The notes beneath the pieces were generated by a model. That model was not told where the DNA came from. It saw nothing but the letters and a program-made list of their open reading frames with translations, and made no database searches. This document shows, one piece after another, positions 1 to 14,443 of a DNA stretch of 64,000 bases. Within the stretch, counting starts at the first letter, position 1. Every line of letters starts with the position of its first letter. The position numbers and the translations under genes were made by a program. The DNA comes from Paraspadella gotoi (lineage: Eukaryota; Animalia; Chaetognatha), in contig CM119266.1 in the NCBI GenBank assembly GCA_051294375.1, positions 9,928,538 to 9,992,537 of the forward strand. The letters run 5' to 3'.

Positions 1-186
1 ATTTTATTCTCATTTCCGGTTGTCTCTCTCTTTTTTCCCGCCATTTTTTCCCTCGCTTTTCCTGACCTTTGACCTTTCTCTCCTTTTCCTCCCTTTTCTT
101 TTTCCTTTTTCCTCCCTTTGGCCATTTCGCGGTCCGGCCGACGCTATCGAGACTTCGCGATGATTCGAGGAAGTCGCTGGATTAAG

Positions 187-219
<33 letters not shown>

Positions 220-3149
220 NNNNNNNNNNNNNNNNNNNNNNNNNNNNNNNNNNNNNNNNNNNNNNNNNNNNNNNNNNNNNNNNNNNNNNNNNNNNNNNAG
301 AGAGAGAGAGAGAGAGACAGAGAGAAAGAGAGAGAGAGTGAGTTTGATAATGTGTGTTAGAATGGGATCTATAGCATATAATACAGCGCATGGTAGCATG
401 TCAAGGGCAAAGCTTTTTGTTTTTCAAGTGGTTTGGTTAGCTTCATAAACTTTGGGAAAAGAAAAGGACGAGAAACCGCGATGACAACAAAAGAGTCAGA
501 AAAGAAAGGAAAGTTTTGAAGAGAGAAAAAAAAAGGTGACAAAAAAGGAACAAAAAGGAAAAACTAAAGAAAATAACAATGAAAAACATAAAGAAAATGA
601 GGAAAACCATTTGAGATAAAAGGAGGGAAAAAGGCGCGGAGAAGAACAAGACCTTTGGAGCAAAGGAAGCGTCAGGAACATCAATGGAAGTGAAGAATTA
701 AAAGGAGAGAAAGAAAGAGATGGGGAGATTTGACAAAGAAAGATAAATAAAAGAAAGATATCTTTAATGAAAAGGAAATCAAGATTTATTGAGTAAAGGT
801 GCTAGAAGGAAATTTCTTGAGGCTTTGGAGAAAAAAAGCAAAATATTTAGTGTTAAAATAAAAAAAAAAGATGCAATACATCGAATGAAGTAATAAAGCT
901 AAAACTGAAGTTAAGAAAAAAAGCAAAACAGAGAAAGCAAGACAGTAAAAGAAACGAAAAAGCAAAGAAAGCAAGAAAATATCAAGAAACGAAAAAAGCA
1001 AAGACATCGTCGAGTCGAGGAATCTCGTCAAGCCAAAGGTGAACGACTCCTTCTTCGCACGCCTCCTTCCACACCCCACNNNNNNNNNNNNNNNNNNNNN
1101 NNNNNNNNNNNNNNNNNNNNNNNNNNNNNNNNNNNNNNNNNNNNNNNNNNNNNNNNNNNNNNNNNNNNNNNNNNNNNNNNNNNNNNNNNNNNNNNNNNNN
1201 NNNNNNNNNNNNNNNNNNNNNNNNNNNNNNNNNNNNNNNNNNNNNNNNNNNNNNNNNNNNNNNNNNNNNNNNNNNNNNNNNNNNNNNNNNNNNNNNNNNN
1301 NNNNNNNNNNNNNNNNNNNNNNNNNNNNNNNNNNNNNNNNNNNNNNNNNNNNNNNNNNNNNNNNNNNNNNNNNNNNNNNNNNNNNNNNNNNNNNNNNNNN
1401 NNNNNNNNNNNNNNAGGGGTGCTGTTGCACCTTGATAAAGCGAGGCGCGAGCTGAGTCGCGAACTCGGTCGTTCGAGAATTATAGAATTTATATGAAGGA
1501 ACGAATCCGGACTTCGAGGTTACGTATGTTTACTGATTGCTTACGTAAAAACAAACAAACAAAGGACCCGTTGATTAAATAAAACATCGCTTACCTTTTG
1601 TTTTTATTTTCCGTTTTTTGGAGATGGCGGGCGTTAACGAAAGAAAAAAGAAACAGGATAATTGAATATAGGGAGTTAAAGGGTGAGACGAGGTTTCAAT
1701 AATAAAATCATGGTTTTTCATTCTCTCTCTCTCTNNNNNNNNNNNNNNNNNNNNNNNNNNNNNNNNNNNNNNNNNNNNNNNNNNNNNNNNNNNNNNNNNN
1801 NNNNNNNNNNNNNNNNNNNNNNNNNNTCTCTCTCTCTCAGAATCGAAACGGAATCGCTTCCATTTCGCGACTGCAAAACCCGGCGAAGAAAATGTCAAAT
1901 GATTGAAAATGCCACGACCTCTGGTAGAGCACGGAGTGGGGAGAAAAAATGCGGGGNNNNNNNNNNNNNNNNNNNNNNNNNCAGGAGGGGGCGGGGTGGA
2001 CCAGGGGAAGAGAGCAAGGAAAGGAGAGCAGAATGTTATGAGGTTCTGTGATGAGGAGCATTAACAATGTGTGATTTTCTGTGGTTCGGGAAGTGGAAAG
2101 GAACCGTTGAATTTATGAGGTTGAGAAGCTAGAAGTTTTAGTTGCTGTTGTTATTGTACAACCAACTTTATTAGAGAAAAACTAAAGGTTTTTAGTAAAT
2201 TAGTGTTACAGGTAATGCTGAAGTGTTAATTAGCCGAGAGGACGCGTTTACGCTGAGTTAGGATGTCGGCTCACATTTCGAGCTCTGTCAATTTCAGCGG
2301 TCTGATGGGAAGGACTGCGAAAAAGTGTGAGCCGAAAAACGATGTCGGCGGATATCCTAATTAATCGATTGTAACACAATAAACTTTGTTGTTCTCTCAA
2401 TCATAACAACACGAAAACAGCAACACGTCTACTACCGCATCATTGAAAAAACTATAAGCGAACACTGTCTCAAAGAGTAATGCGAGATGTAACGGAATGT
2501 CAACGAACTCGATGTTAGAGCGCACTTTTTAAAATTTTCGCTTTCTTTTTGTTGAAAAAAAAAAAAAAAAATCTGCAAAACCTTTGCGGCAACTAAAAAT
2601 TTGTCCCTTTTCTGTTATTCTGTGAATTTAATTTGAAAAGTAAAAAGAACAAAAAAAAAAAAAAGAAAATTAAATATTTTACACGAATTGAAAACGAGCT
2701 GAGAATCGGAGTACGAGAGAAAAAAAATGTTAGCGAGAAAATAAAAAAGAAAAGAAAAGGAAAAGAAAAAGAAAAGGAAAAGAAAAAAAAAAGAAGAATT
2801 GGTTATGGAGTGAATTGCGGTGATCTCGACGAACGTGATCTGATTGTGAAATCATCTCCACATTTCTCACACACACAAAATCGAAGGCGACCACGCACGC
2901 ACGCAGCGAAAGCTCGACGACGACAAAAGGTTTTTACAACGACATCTGGTTTTTTGCCTCCGATGCGTCTCACTGCGTCGATGAGAAAAATAAAAATAAA
3001 AACAAAACAAAACAAAACAAAAAAAAAATTTAAAACAAAACTGGAGTCCCCCTTTTCTGCCATTTATCAAGTAAGGTTTAGATTAGTATCATTAGGCGAC
3101 GTTGAAAACCTTATATCCAAGTAGAGGTTTAGCATTCGTATCAATTGAG

Positions 3150-4333
3150 GCGCCACGTTGAAAAACCTCTCATTCGCCTCTCGCCTGCTCTCTCTCTCTC
3201 TCTCTCTACACCTCTCGTCACTGCTCTCCTCTTCGTCTTCTCTCTCCGTCTCTTCTCGCTTCTCGTCTCGCATCGCTCATCTCTCCTTTCTCTCCGTCTA
3301 CGTCTGTCTCTGCTCTCATCTTGGTTTTTCTTTCTTTTTCTTTCGCGCTACGACAACCTAATTAAACTTCTTAGTGCGACTGTATTAACTCTGAAATATT
3401 TTTTTTTTGAATGGTTCCACATAAGTGGCTCTTTTTTAGTTGACTTCTCGTGGCTGGCGAAAAGCGCACCGAACCGGACGACGCAACCCGGAGACAAAGT
3501 AGTGGGAAAGAGAATTTACGGTTGCTGGGCTCGTCGTTGTGGAATGTGGTTGTGGGGGCGAAATTCGTGAGTTAGGTATTAGTCAAGTGATTGTTACCAA
3601 TGTCTACAATGGTATAATGCTCATAAATAATCGCCATTGCTTTAAAAAAAGTAGTACTGAACATTATTTTGGAACAACTGACAACTATTAAGTATGTAAA
3701 ATAAATTTTTTGTATAAATTGAAATTCTATAATGGGGTTGTTTTGAAAGAGGCTGGCAAATTTTCTGACAGTTCACTTGTCAATTAACATATAACATATT
3801 TAGATATGTTTGGACCAAGTTTTTAAGTGCCGTTGACGGACCGGTGGGCTCGACTCGGAAGAAACCCGTTTTCTTGTCTTTCGTGTGTCTTAAGAACGGG
3901 CAAGCGGAAAATTTTCCATTACTGCATTCAGGGGTAAAATTACGGGCAAAGTACCAGCAGGATCCCTCAAGCCGACGAAACGTTGATTGGAAAGAAACGC
4001 AAGAGATTGATGCGAAACAGTTCTGAGGGAAATAGTCGATCGATCTAGAGACGGCGAGACGGAAGCGAATCGCGAGAGCCGAGAGGGCGAAGCGATCGTT
4101 TTAAAACCGGGGGAGAGCAAGCGATTGTTCTCAGTCGTCGTCGTTTATTCGGCCCGCCGTTTCGCTCATAAATCCAAGAAAGTGCGTAGACAAACAGAGG
4201 AAAAATCGCCTCCTCCGGGGAAAGAAGAAACAGAAAAAAAAAAGAAAGAAAACCCAACTCTTTCCTTTTTTTTCTCTTTTTCTCTTTTCTTTCTCAATAT
4301 GAAAAAAAAGGGAGGGGGGCGGAATGGGGGGGA

Positions 4334-4365
<32 letters not shown>

Positions 4366-6730
4366 AAAACACAGGAAGAAATGAAGAGAATAAAGGAAAG
4401 AAAAAAGAGATGAAGGAAAAGAATCGCCGCCTCTTTTCATTATTCATATTCTTTTTTTTTTCTTTTCTTTCTTTTTTACGCAAGAAAATTCAGCGTTAAA
4501 AGGCTCTGGGTACTTTCTCTTGTTCTCTCTCTCTCTCTTCACTCTCTCTCCTACTTCCCACACGTCCGGAGAAAGGAGCTTCCGAGGCGAACAAATGAAC
4601 AAAATCCAGTGATTTAAAAGAGAAAAGAAAAAAAATGGAAAAGAGAAAATCGAATTTTGATGAAAAAGATTTTCCCGCCAAATCCGATGCGCCGCCATTT
4701 TGGCGCCAAAAAGTACGAGAGAAACCCGACTGGTTTTTTTACTCCCAGAGTTTTCCTGTTTTATTACTTAATTTTCTCTATCTCTTTGTACGATTTTGCT
4801 GGGGGGGGGGGGGTTCTGGTAGAAAGTTTAAATCTCTCTCTCTTTAGTTTTTGCTGTCTGTCTGTGTCTGTCTTTAGTCGTCTCTCTCGTCTCTCCTCTC
4901 TCGCTCTTCTACTCTTCCTCGTCCTTCTTCAAAACCTCGACCAGCGACAATCATTCAAAGTCAAAGATACTTTCCATTCGACGTTTTACCACCACCAAAG
5001 AGAGAAAAAGTGGCATTTGAATGCGAGATGAGAAAAAAAGAAAGAAAAAGAAAAATATATAAAAAAAATCTGAAGTTCTGCGTCTTGGATGCGATGTCTN
5101 NNNNNNNNNNNNNNNNNNNNNNNNCTCTCTCTCTCTCTTTTCTCTCTCTCTCTCTCTCTCTCTCTGGGTTCTTTTCTTTCTTTCTTTCGCGCTACGAACC
5201 TAATTAAACTTTTAGTGACTGTATTAATCTGAAATAATTTTCTTTTTTGAATGTTCCACATAAGTGGCTCTTTTTATTGACTCTCGTGGCGGAAAAGCGA
5301 CCGACGACGGACGCAACGAGACAAAAGTAGTGGGAAGAGAATCTTACGGTTGTGGCTCGTCCTTTGTGGAATGTGGTTGTGGGGAAATTTCGTCAGTTAG
5401 GTATTATGCAAGTGATTCGTGTACCCAATGTACAATGTAATAATGCTATAAATAATTCGCCATTGATTTAAAAAAGTATGTACGAATATTTTTGGAAAAC
5501 TAAAGCTATCTAAGTTGTAAAATAAATTTTTTGTATAAATGTTTATAATGGGGTTGTTTTTGAAAGAGGCTGCAAATTTCATGACAGTTCACTTCATATT
5601 AACAATATAACATATTTAATATTATTAGGCCAAGTTTTAAGCGCGTTGACGGACCGGTGGGGCCGACTCGAAGAAACTCCGTTTCTTTCTTTCGGTTGTC
5701 TAGAACGGGAAGGGAAAATTTCCATTATGCATTCAGAGGGTAAAATTACTGGGCAATACCAGCAGGATCCCTCAACGACGAAAATTGATTGGAAAGAAAC
5801 CAAGAGATGATCCGAAACAGTTCTGAGGGAAAAGCGCGTCTAGAGACCGAGACGGAAGCAATCCGCGAGAGCGACAGGGAAGCGATCGTTTTAAAACCGG
5901 GGGGAGAGAACGTATTGTTTCAGTCGGTCGTTTATTCGCCCGCCGGTTTCGCTCATAAATCCAAGAAAAGTGGTAGAAAACCGAGGAAAAATCGCCTCCT
6001 CGGGAAAAAGAAACAGAAAAAAAAAAGAAAGAAAACCCCAACTCTTTCCTTTTTTTTCTCTTTTTTCTCTTTTCTTTCTCAATGTAAAAAAAGGGAGAGG
6101 GCGGAGGGGGGGGAGGAGGGAGGGGGAGGAGGAGGAGGAGGAGGAGAGGAAAACACAGGGAAGAAATCGAAGAGAATAAAGGAAAAAAAAAAGAGATGAA
6201 GAAAAGAATCGCCGCCTCTTTTCATTATTCATATTCTTTTTTTTTTTTCTTTTCTTTCTTTTTTTACGCAAGAAAAATCAGCGTTAAAAGGGCTCTGGGT
6301 ACTTTCTCTTTGTCTCTCTCTCTCTCTCTCTTCACTCCTTCTCTCCTACTTCCCACACGTCCGGAGAAAGGAGCTTCCGAGGCGAAAAATGAACAAAATC
6401 CAGTGATTTAAAAGAGAAAGAAAAAAAAAATGGAAAAGAGAAAATCGAATTTTGATGAAAAAGATTTTCCCGCCAAATCCGATGCCGCCGCCATTTTGGC
6501 GCCAAAAAGTACGAGAGAAACCCGACTGGTTTTTTTACTCCTAGTTTTCCTGTTTTATTACTTAATTTTCTCTCTATCTCTTTGTACGATTTTGTGGGGA
6601 GGGTGGGGGGGTTTCGAGTAGAAAGTTTACAATCTCTCTCTCTTTTAGTTTTTGTCTGTCTGTCTGTGTCTGTCTTTAGTCTTTCTCTCTCTTTCTCCCT
6701 CTCTTTCTCTCCTTCTCTTTCTTTTTTTTC

Positions 6731-6766
<36 letters not shown>

Positions 6767-7090
6767 ATCTCTCTCTCTTCTCTCTCGTTCCCACCATCCA
6801 CATCCTCACCTTTACGTGCAACGCAGATCATGTGCCACGCGCGACCCAAAGGCGCCTAGCCACCTCTGACCCTCCTACGCTCTCTCTCCTCTCTCTTCTC
6901 TCTCTCTCTCTCTCTCTTCCTCGTCCTTCTTCAAAACCTCGACCGACAATCATTCAAAGTCAAAGATACTTTCCATTCGAGTTTTACCACCACCAAGAGA
7001 GAAAAAAAGTGCATTTGAATGCGAGAATGAGAAAAAAAAAGAAAAAAGAAAAATATATAAAAAAAATCTGAAGTCTCTCTTTGATGCGAG
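3150..7090 (+). repeat. ~2 kb direct duplication (~3150-5099 and 5125-7090) separated by a 25-N gap
   Basis: cgctacgacaacctaattaaac ~3347 vs ~5189; gccgccattttggcgccaaaaagtacg ~4689 vs ~6487; tcattcaaagtcaaagatac ~4951 vs ~6950. Differences are mostly single-base indels. The right arm carries one copy only. Confidence 0.9.
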
Positions 7091-7854
7091 TCTTATGATT
7101 TTCAAAGAGACCCATGGGCCTCGATTTGCCTTCAATGCAGCGGAGCAGTCGTGAGCCAAACTTTAAAATATGTTTATATTAATCGAATTATATATATATA
7201 ACGACGATACATAAAATGAATTTTCATACAACAACTCCTGCTTAATCACGATGATAATTCTTAACACAAACCGCCCGCTGAATTAAATATAAAAAAAAAG
7301 GAAAAAAAGTGAAATTATCTTTTATTGAAAAGTAAAAAGAAAAAAAATAAATAAAAAGCGAAACGCTAGAGGCGCTGATGGGCGACACGGTGTCCCTTTT
7401 GTTTTCGCATGCAAATTAAAGGAATGAATCGTTCCACGTGATTCGTTTCGACTTCGTTCCTTTCATTCCGATTTTTCTCTTTTTATTCCGCCCGCTTTTT
7501 TTTTTATAATCGTTCTCCCGGTGTCCGTCAGGGAGAGAAAGGGACATAAATTATTTATCATTGATTTAGTTAAAGGTTTATTGTAGAAGGACGACGGCGG
7601 AGGAAGGGGTATACGATGAAATGATGATTTTTATTACAACGTTGTGCTGACGAAGGCGAGATGATTGTAGATTGGATAATCCTTTCAATGATATTCGAGA
7701 AAGTAAATGACTCGGAATGTGTAATGTAATTGTGTTTGAAATAAATATAATAAAGTTATTTTAGATTGAATTGTGATGCTCAAAAATTGAAAAAATGATA
7801 TCACATGTGCGAGAAACCCAAGGACGGAGATGAAGTATTGGTGAGACCTTTCAC

Positions 7855-8045
7855 CGTTGCTGGTGAAAGGAAATACGGAGAGAGTGATGCGAATGAAGAA
7901 TGGAATTTATGGAGAAAGGAAATAACGACGGAGATACTGATGGGGATAGGGTGATGGAGCTTGCTGGAGAAAGGAAATAATGACGGAGATAATGATGGAG
8001 ATGGGGTGATGGACATTGCTGGAGAAAGGAAATATGAAGACAGAG
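7855..8045 (+). repeat. Degenerate ~55-bp minisatellite, ~4 units (mirror at ~31680-31870)
   Basis: The core tgctggagaaaggaaata(a)tgacggagata recurs at ~55-bp spacing. Confidence 0.7.
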
Positions 8046-8245
8046 GAAGAGACCGCCATGATGGGTTTGGAGTATTGGGTTTACTGGTGAAAGGACAAAA
8101 AGATTCAAAGAGTGATGGGGAAGGGGTATGTAGAGCATTTGATGGGGAAAGGAAAGGCAAAGAATCAGTTTGACGAATCTGTCGAGACTTTGGACTCTGA
8201 CGCCGAGAGGGTTAAAAACATTAAACTCAAACTCGATTTTATCGG

Positions 8246-8282
<37 letters not shown>

Positions 8283-9352
8283 GAGAAAGATAGAGAGAGA
8301 GAGAGAAAAAGAGAAAAAGATAGAAAGATAGAAATAGAGAAAGAGAGAAAGATAGAGAGCGAGACGCCCATTGTCACTGGGCGAAGAGAAGGCGAAGCGA
8401 CGGAGCAATTTAGAGTTGACAAATAGCAGGCGCGAGGGCCGGGGCTTCGTTGGGGGTTAAAGGGGCTTCACCCCGAGGGGCGGACGCGGCGGGGTTTGGG
8501 CGCGGCGGCCGCTATTTCCCCCCCTCTGGTCTTCTAATCATCTTTGGCCTCTTTACTCACCCCCTCTCTCCCCCCTGACTCCCCCACTCCTCCTCGGCCC
8601 GGTTAGAGATCTGCAAAAAAGAGGAGGACGAAGGCAATGGGAGAAGCGAAAGTCTCATCATTCATCGTCGTCGTCGTTGTGTTCGTTGTGGTCGTCGTCG
8701 TTGTGGTCGTCGTCGTTGTTTTGATCGTCGTCGTTGTGGTCGTCGTCGTTGTTTTGATCGTCGTTGTATGAATCGTTTTAATCGTAATTACGAACGAGTT
8801 TGTGTTCGTTCACAGAAAAAATCGAAACGTCTTCCTCGCGGCGCCCAACTTATGAAATTGGTATAACCAATATAAAAATTATCCATTCATTTAATAAATA
8901 AGCTATCTTGTCCCTGACTTATGAAATTGGTACAACCAATATAAAAATTATATAATTCTCGCCAGAAAAGACACGTTTTAATAATACGTAATAATAAAAA
9001 AAGCGTTCACCATTTTTTTTTGCTTAAATATAACCAAGTTGAACGAAAACTTATTATATTAGGCGAAGAATATTACTGTGAAGGCTTTTATGAGGGCGAG
9101 GAGATCCAATAAGTAGATAGAGAAAAAAAAAACCAATAAAAAAATGGAGATCGCAGAAGCGACATCTGCGTTCTCTCAGAAAGAACCTCACAGAAGGACA
9201 AGAAACTGTCTCAATATTGAAAAAAAAAATCAACAAATGATCATCGATATTAGAGTGAAGAAAAAAATGGAGAAAATTCGAAAAAAAAGAGGGAAAGCAA
9301 GAGAGAAAGAAGAAAAAGAGGGGAAAAAATTAATAACGAATGAGAGAAAGAG

Positions 9353-9454
<102 letters not shown>

Positions 9455-9836
9455 TAAGAAAGTTAAAAAAATGTAAAAATTAAAAAAGAAAGCGAGAAAA
9501 AAAGAAAACACCATCAAGAATTTGGCAGCAATACATTGCAAAAAATATATATGAAAAAAAAAGAAAAGTCACAAAGAGAAGAGATTTAATCTTTTTTTTT
9601 CTTCTCCTCCAAATTGAAATTTCGACCTCGGAGGAAGAAAACTTCTCGCCGCTCGATTATCTCCATGGAAACGTCGTTGTTGTACTCTTTTTTTTATTTT
9701 CTTTTATTTTATAATTTTTGTCGATTTTCTTTCTTCGCGTTTTTTTTTATTGTTTCGTTTAGGAGACTCTCATGAATAAATCAGTCCCGTCCGTTAGGTG
9801 GAGAGCAAAACTTTAAAAAACAAAAGAGCGACGGGC

Positions 9837-9885
<49 letters not shown>

Positions 9886-10646
9886 AAAAAAAATAGACGT
9901 TAGAGACAAGATGGACATAGAGGAAACTCGATGCGCTTAAGGTGAAAGAAAAATTCAGGTCGACGCCCAAATCGTAAATGATCTACTTTTTTCTAATGGT
10001 TGTGAGGTGAGGTGAGGCATTGTTGCATTGATTTGGAGAGAAAGTCTAAAGTTTCAATATCTTGAAGACAATTGTAGTTTGTTTGAGAAGATCTACAGAA
10101 TGAAAAAGTGTGCCAAATATGATTGGGTGAACAATTGCCCCAGTTTGAGTGAATAAGAATAAGACACAAATCGGACACAGGTCATAGAAAATGAAAGAAA
10201 AATGTTATAATATTATTTATTAAGTTAAATATTTGTTAAGTTAAACAATGAGGGCCTAGAGATAAAATAGACAATGTGAGGCAAAGCGAGAGTGCGGAGC
10301 CACATCACGTCTCCATATCTTCTTTGTCCTTCTCTTCTCTCCCTTAAAAAAATGAATAAAAATAGATTGAGCTCGGTCCTCGGAAGAACCGATGAGACCC
10401 GGAGAAGTTGACTCAGAAATTCCAGCGACAGACTCACTCCGGGCCACTCCCATCTCTCTCTCTCTCTCTCTCCGTATCCCCCCACACAAAAAAAAATTAA
10501 GAAAAGAGAGGAGAGACAGAGAGAGTAACGGTGAGAGAGAGAGGTGAACGGAGAGAGACAGAGAGACCAGAGAGAGACGAGAGAGAATAAGAGAGAAAAG
10601 AGAAGAAAAGAGAGAGAGAGGAGATGAAGATGAAAGAAGCAGAGAT

Positions 10647-10678
<32 letters not shown>

Positions 10679-11552
10679 GAGAGAGAGACAGAGAGACAGA
10701 GAGACATGAGAAGAAAGAAGAGACACGAAAGACGAGAGAGAGAGAGGGCGCCCCGCAACGCCTTTCGCCTCGGGGTTAAATGGGGCGGAAGTTTTCTCAT
10801 TTTCTCAAACGTGATTCATTGTACTTTTTTATAAAAAATAGTTTATAAAATGGATTGTGAATTATACATCGTGAAAAGAATTTATTATAAATGTAACATT
10901 GCCTTAGCCTCACTCGAGGTGTAAAATGTTTAAACATTACTTGTTTACCGCGCTTCTCTTTATTTTCTTTTTATGAAATTTTTTTTACTTTTAATATGTA
11001 TATAAACAACGGCAGTCGCTCAGTTTAAGTGTTCATCTTCTCAACACCATTTTACCCAAAACTTCAGTCTAAATATACAGAAATTTACAGAATCTACGTA
11101 GTTTATTCCTTTCAACCTTTCCCTCATTCCCCCTTCCCGTTTCACACTTCACACTTCACAGATTCACAATAGACATCCTCAAATTTTTCACATCTTCAAC
11201 AATCTCACACACAAAAAAAAAGCCTTCGTTATAAATCTAAAATCGACCTTCACTCCTCGACTTTGCTTCGTTCTTCAACTCCGCGGAGAAAAAAAAAAGG
11301 AAGCCCTTCCACCCCCCACTCTCCCCCCTCTTCCTCACCCCCACTTCTTAATCTCACCTCCCGCCAAAATCCCGTCGCCCACTCGCGAAAAACTGACGGA
11401 TTAAAAAATTCGGGTCAACGTTTTTATTCTTCGAGAATTTAAAAAAAAAAGAGGAAATATTTCGACCTTGAATGTTTTGGATTTAAGAAGAATAAAAAAA
11501 AATAAGGAATTTATATTGAAAGGGGAAACAATATTATTTTCCTGCTAGCGAA

Positions 11553-11588
<36 letters not shown>

Positions 11589-11823
11589 NNNNNNNNNNNN
11601 NNNNNNNNNNNNNNNNNNNNNNNNNNNNNNNNNNNNNNNNNNNNNNNNNNNNNNNNNNNNNNNNNNNNNNNNNNNNNNNNNNNNNNNNNNNNNNNNNNNN
11701 NNNNNNNNNNNNNNNNNNNNNNNNNNNNNNNNNNNNNNNNNNNNNNNNNNNNNNNNNNNNNNNNNNNNNNNNNNNNNNNNNNNNNNNNNNNNNNNNNNNN
11801 NNNNNNNNNNNNNNNNNNCGACG

Positions 11824-11858
<35 letters not shown>

Positions 11859-14381
11859 CGCAGGAGATCAACGAAGCGAAATTTTTTTTTCGGCGATCAA
11901 ACTCAGATGTCGATTCGCTACTTTTTTCTCTTCATCATTTACATTTTTTTATGATCGTTGTTCTTTCCAGTTTATTCCTTTAAGTTTTTATAGTTGTTGC
12001 GTCAACCTTTAATCGCAGCTCGAACGTCATAAAAAAAAAGTGACGAATATCTTCTTGACATTTTCCTTCGATCGGGAAAATGTTTTCTTGCCGTTGGATG
12101 ACCTTTTGTTTTTCTTTTTCTAATGTCAGTCTCTCGCGCGCCATCTTTATCCCTCGACATGACGCGTCAGTTTGGCTTACTTTCTCTTCAGAAAATTTGT
12201 ATTTTGAATGACTAAAAACGGGGTTTTAAGACGAAAGAGAGCCACAAGAAAGCCACAAGAACGATGGAAAAAGACTGGTCAGAAAAGGTCAACTTAGATA
12301 ATCACCCGACGAGAGTTTACATAATATNNNNNNNNNNNNNNNNNNNNNNNNNNNNNNNNNNNNNNNNNNNNNNNNNNNNNNNNNNNNNNNNNNNNNNNNN
12401 NNNNNNNNNNNNNNNNNNNNNNNNNNNNNNNNNNNNNNNNNNNNNNNNNNNNNNNNNNNNNNNNNNNNNNNNNNNNNNNNNNNNNNNNNNNNNNNNNNNN
12501 NNNNNNNNNNNNNNNNNNNNNNNNNNNNNNNNNNNNNNNNNNNNNNNNNNNNNNNNNNNNNNNNNNNNNNNNNNNNNNNNNNNNNNNNNNNNNNNNNNNN
12601 NNNNNNNNNNNNNNNNNNNNNNNNNNNNNNNNNNNNNNNNNNNNNNNNNNNNNNNNNNNNNNNNNNNNNNNNNNNNNNNNNNNNNNNNNNNNNNNNNNNN
12701 NNNNNNNNNNNNNNNNNNNNNNNNNNNNNNNNNNNNNNNNNNNNNNNNNNNNNNNNNNNNNNNNNNNNNNNNNNNNNNNNNNNNNNNNNNNNNNNCAGAG
12801 AGATATCTTTCGGTCGCGTTCATCGCGGCGGAAAACGCTTCGCCGTTTCGATGGCGATTAAGAAGGCGGCGGCGGCGGCGGCGGCGAAAGGAGGCGGAAG
12901 GACGGTGCGCGTGGGAAGCTGCGGCGCTGATGCAGAAGGCAGGAGCGGCTGAGCCACGTCGGCGGAGATCGTCGCCGGCAGAGATTTGAAATCCGAGTCG
13001 GAGAGAACTTGAATGGGAATTTTTTCGAAAATAACGCTTGCGTTAAGATATATAAAATACATGAATATGTAATACACATTGACATACATACATAGTTACT
13101 ATTCATAAGTACTTGACATACTGTGACAGCTTAAGGCTGGGGAGACGCCTTCCTAATACTTTATATTTTGATTTTTAAAGTTTTTATTATTATCATTTTG
13201 GTAGATTAACGATAAAGTAATAAACTTTTATTGTTTTAAAACTAAAGGTTTTGACGACGAGAATCGAGACAGATGGCGCAGATTTTTTCTTTTATATAAT
13301 TCTGGCGAGATCACTATATTTTAAGATTTTTAGAATTAGCCATTTAGCAAATATTTATCCTTACTTTTAAAAAAACATTGAAATTTATCATAAGCTATAA
13401 ATAAGCTATAAACTACAAATAATTATCCAAGGAAAATCTTGAATCTAAAGCAATTTCTCCCGACTAATATTCCTTTCTCGCATATAATAATAAACTTACC
13501 CCTGGTCGACTTTAAAACACTTCTCGGGCCGGAGCTCGTTTCGCCACATTAACTCACGCCTCCCGCTTCTGCAGCCTCAACTCAATCGAGACATACTCTC
13601 CTACAAAGCGCTCCTACCGTCAAAGGTTAGACGCAAGCGCTCCTCCGATGCGAGCACAAGAACTTTCCTCCATGAAACGTTTTAAAGATTTTTGACGAAC
13701 ATTTCCTCCAACTCATTGCAACAATGGGCCACTCTTTGCCCAGCGGTCTTTTACCTTGAACAATGGGTCCACTTGTGTCAGCAGGTTTTATTCGGACAGC
13801 GACCAATCAAGTTTTACACGAAAGAGTTGGTCACAGGGATGTTTAACTAAATTGTAACTGTCATTTAAAAAACTTTGTCATCATTTTAAGGTTTTTTTTT
13901 TTTTTCGTCATTTAAGTTGGTTTTTTTCGCTCTTTTTTATTTGTCGCAGGACGTCGTGCACGTTATTTTAAATATACTACAGGCCGTCGAGACAATTATC
14001 ATTGTTTAACGCATATTTAATTTCTCCTAGTCTTAAATGAATTTTCTTTTCTTGCACTTTGCACAACCATAATACGCAATACTTGCTGAAAATTGGCAAA
14101 ACTTACTCTACTAAGTACTAACCCAACCGAATTTCACCTCCACCTCCACCTTTTTCTTTAACTCACCCGATCCTCACCTTCCGGATGAAAAACTCTTCGA
14201 AGCATGACAATCTTCTTTCCTTCTTCCTCTTTTCGCTCGCTTAATTCGTTTATTAACTTCGCTCGTATCGAATGTATGCAAATTTTCGCCCGCGGGTTCA
14301 TTCTTCTCTCTCTTTCCTTCCCGACTAAAGTTTATATTACTTTTCTATTGCTTACTCTTTGCTTGGATGCTTTTTTTTCGA

Positions 14382-14443
<62 letters not shown>

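Noticed and set aside
4689-4706. YY1-like GCCGCCATTTT motif (also ~6487 and ~33115)
   Set aside because: A single short motif whose extra copies come from the duplications; no associated exon was identified.
7364-7378. CTCF-like cgctagaggcgctg
   Set aside because: One base short of the core spacing in both arm copies.
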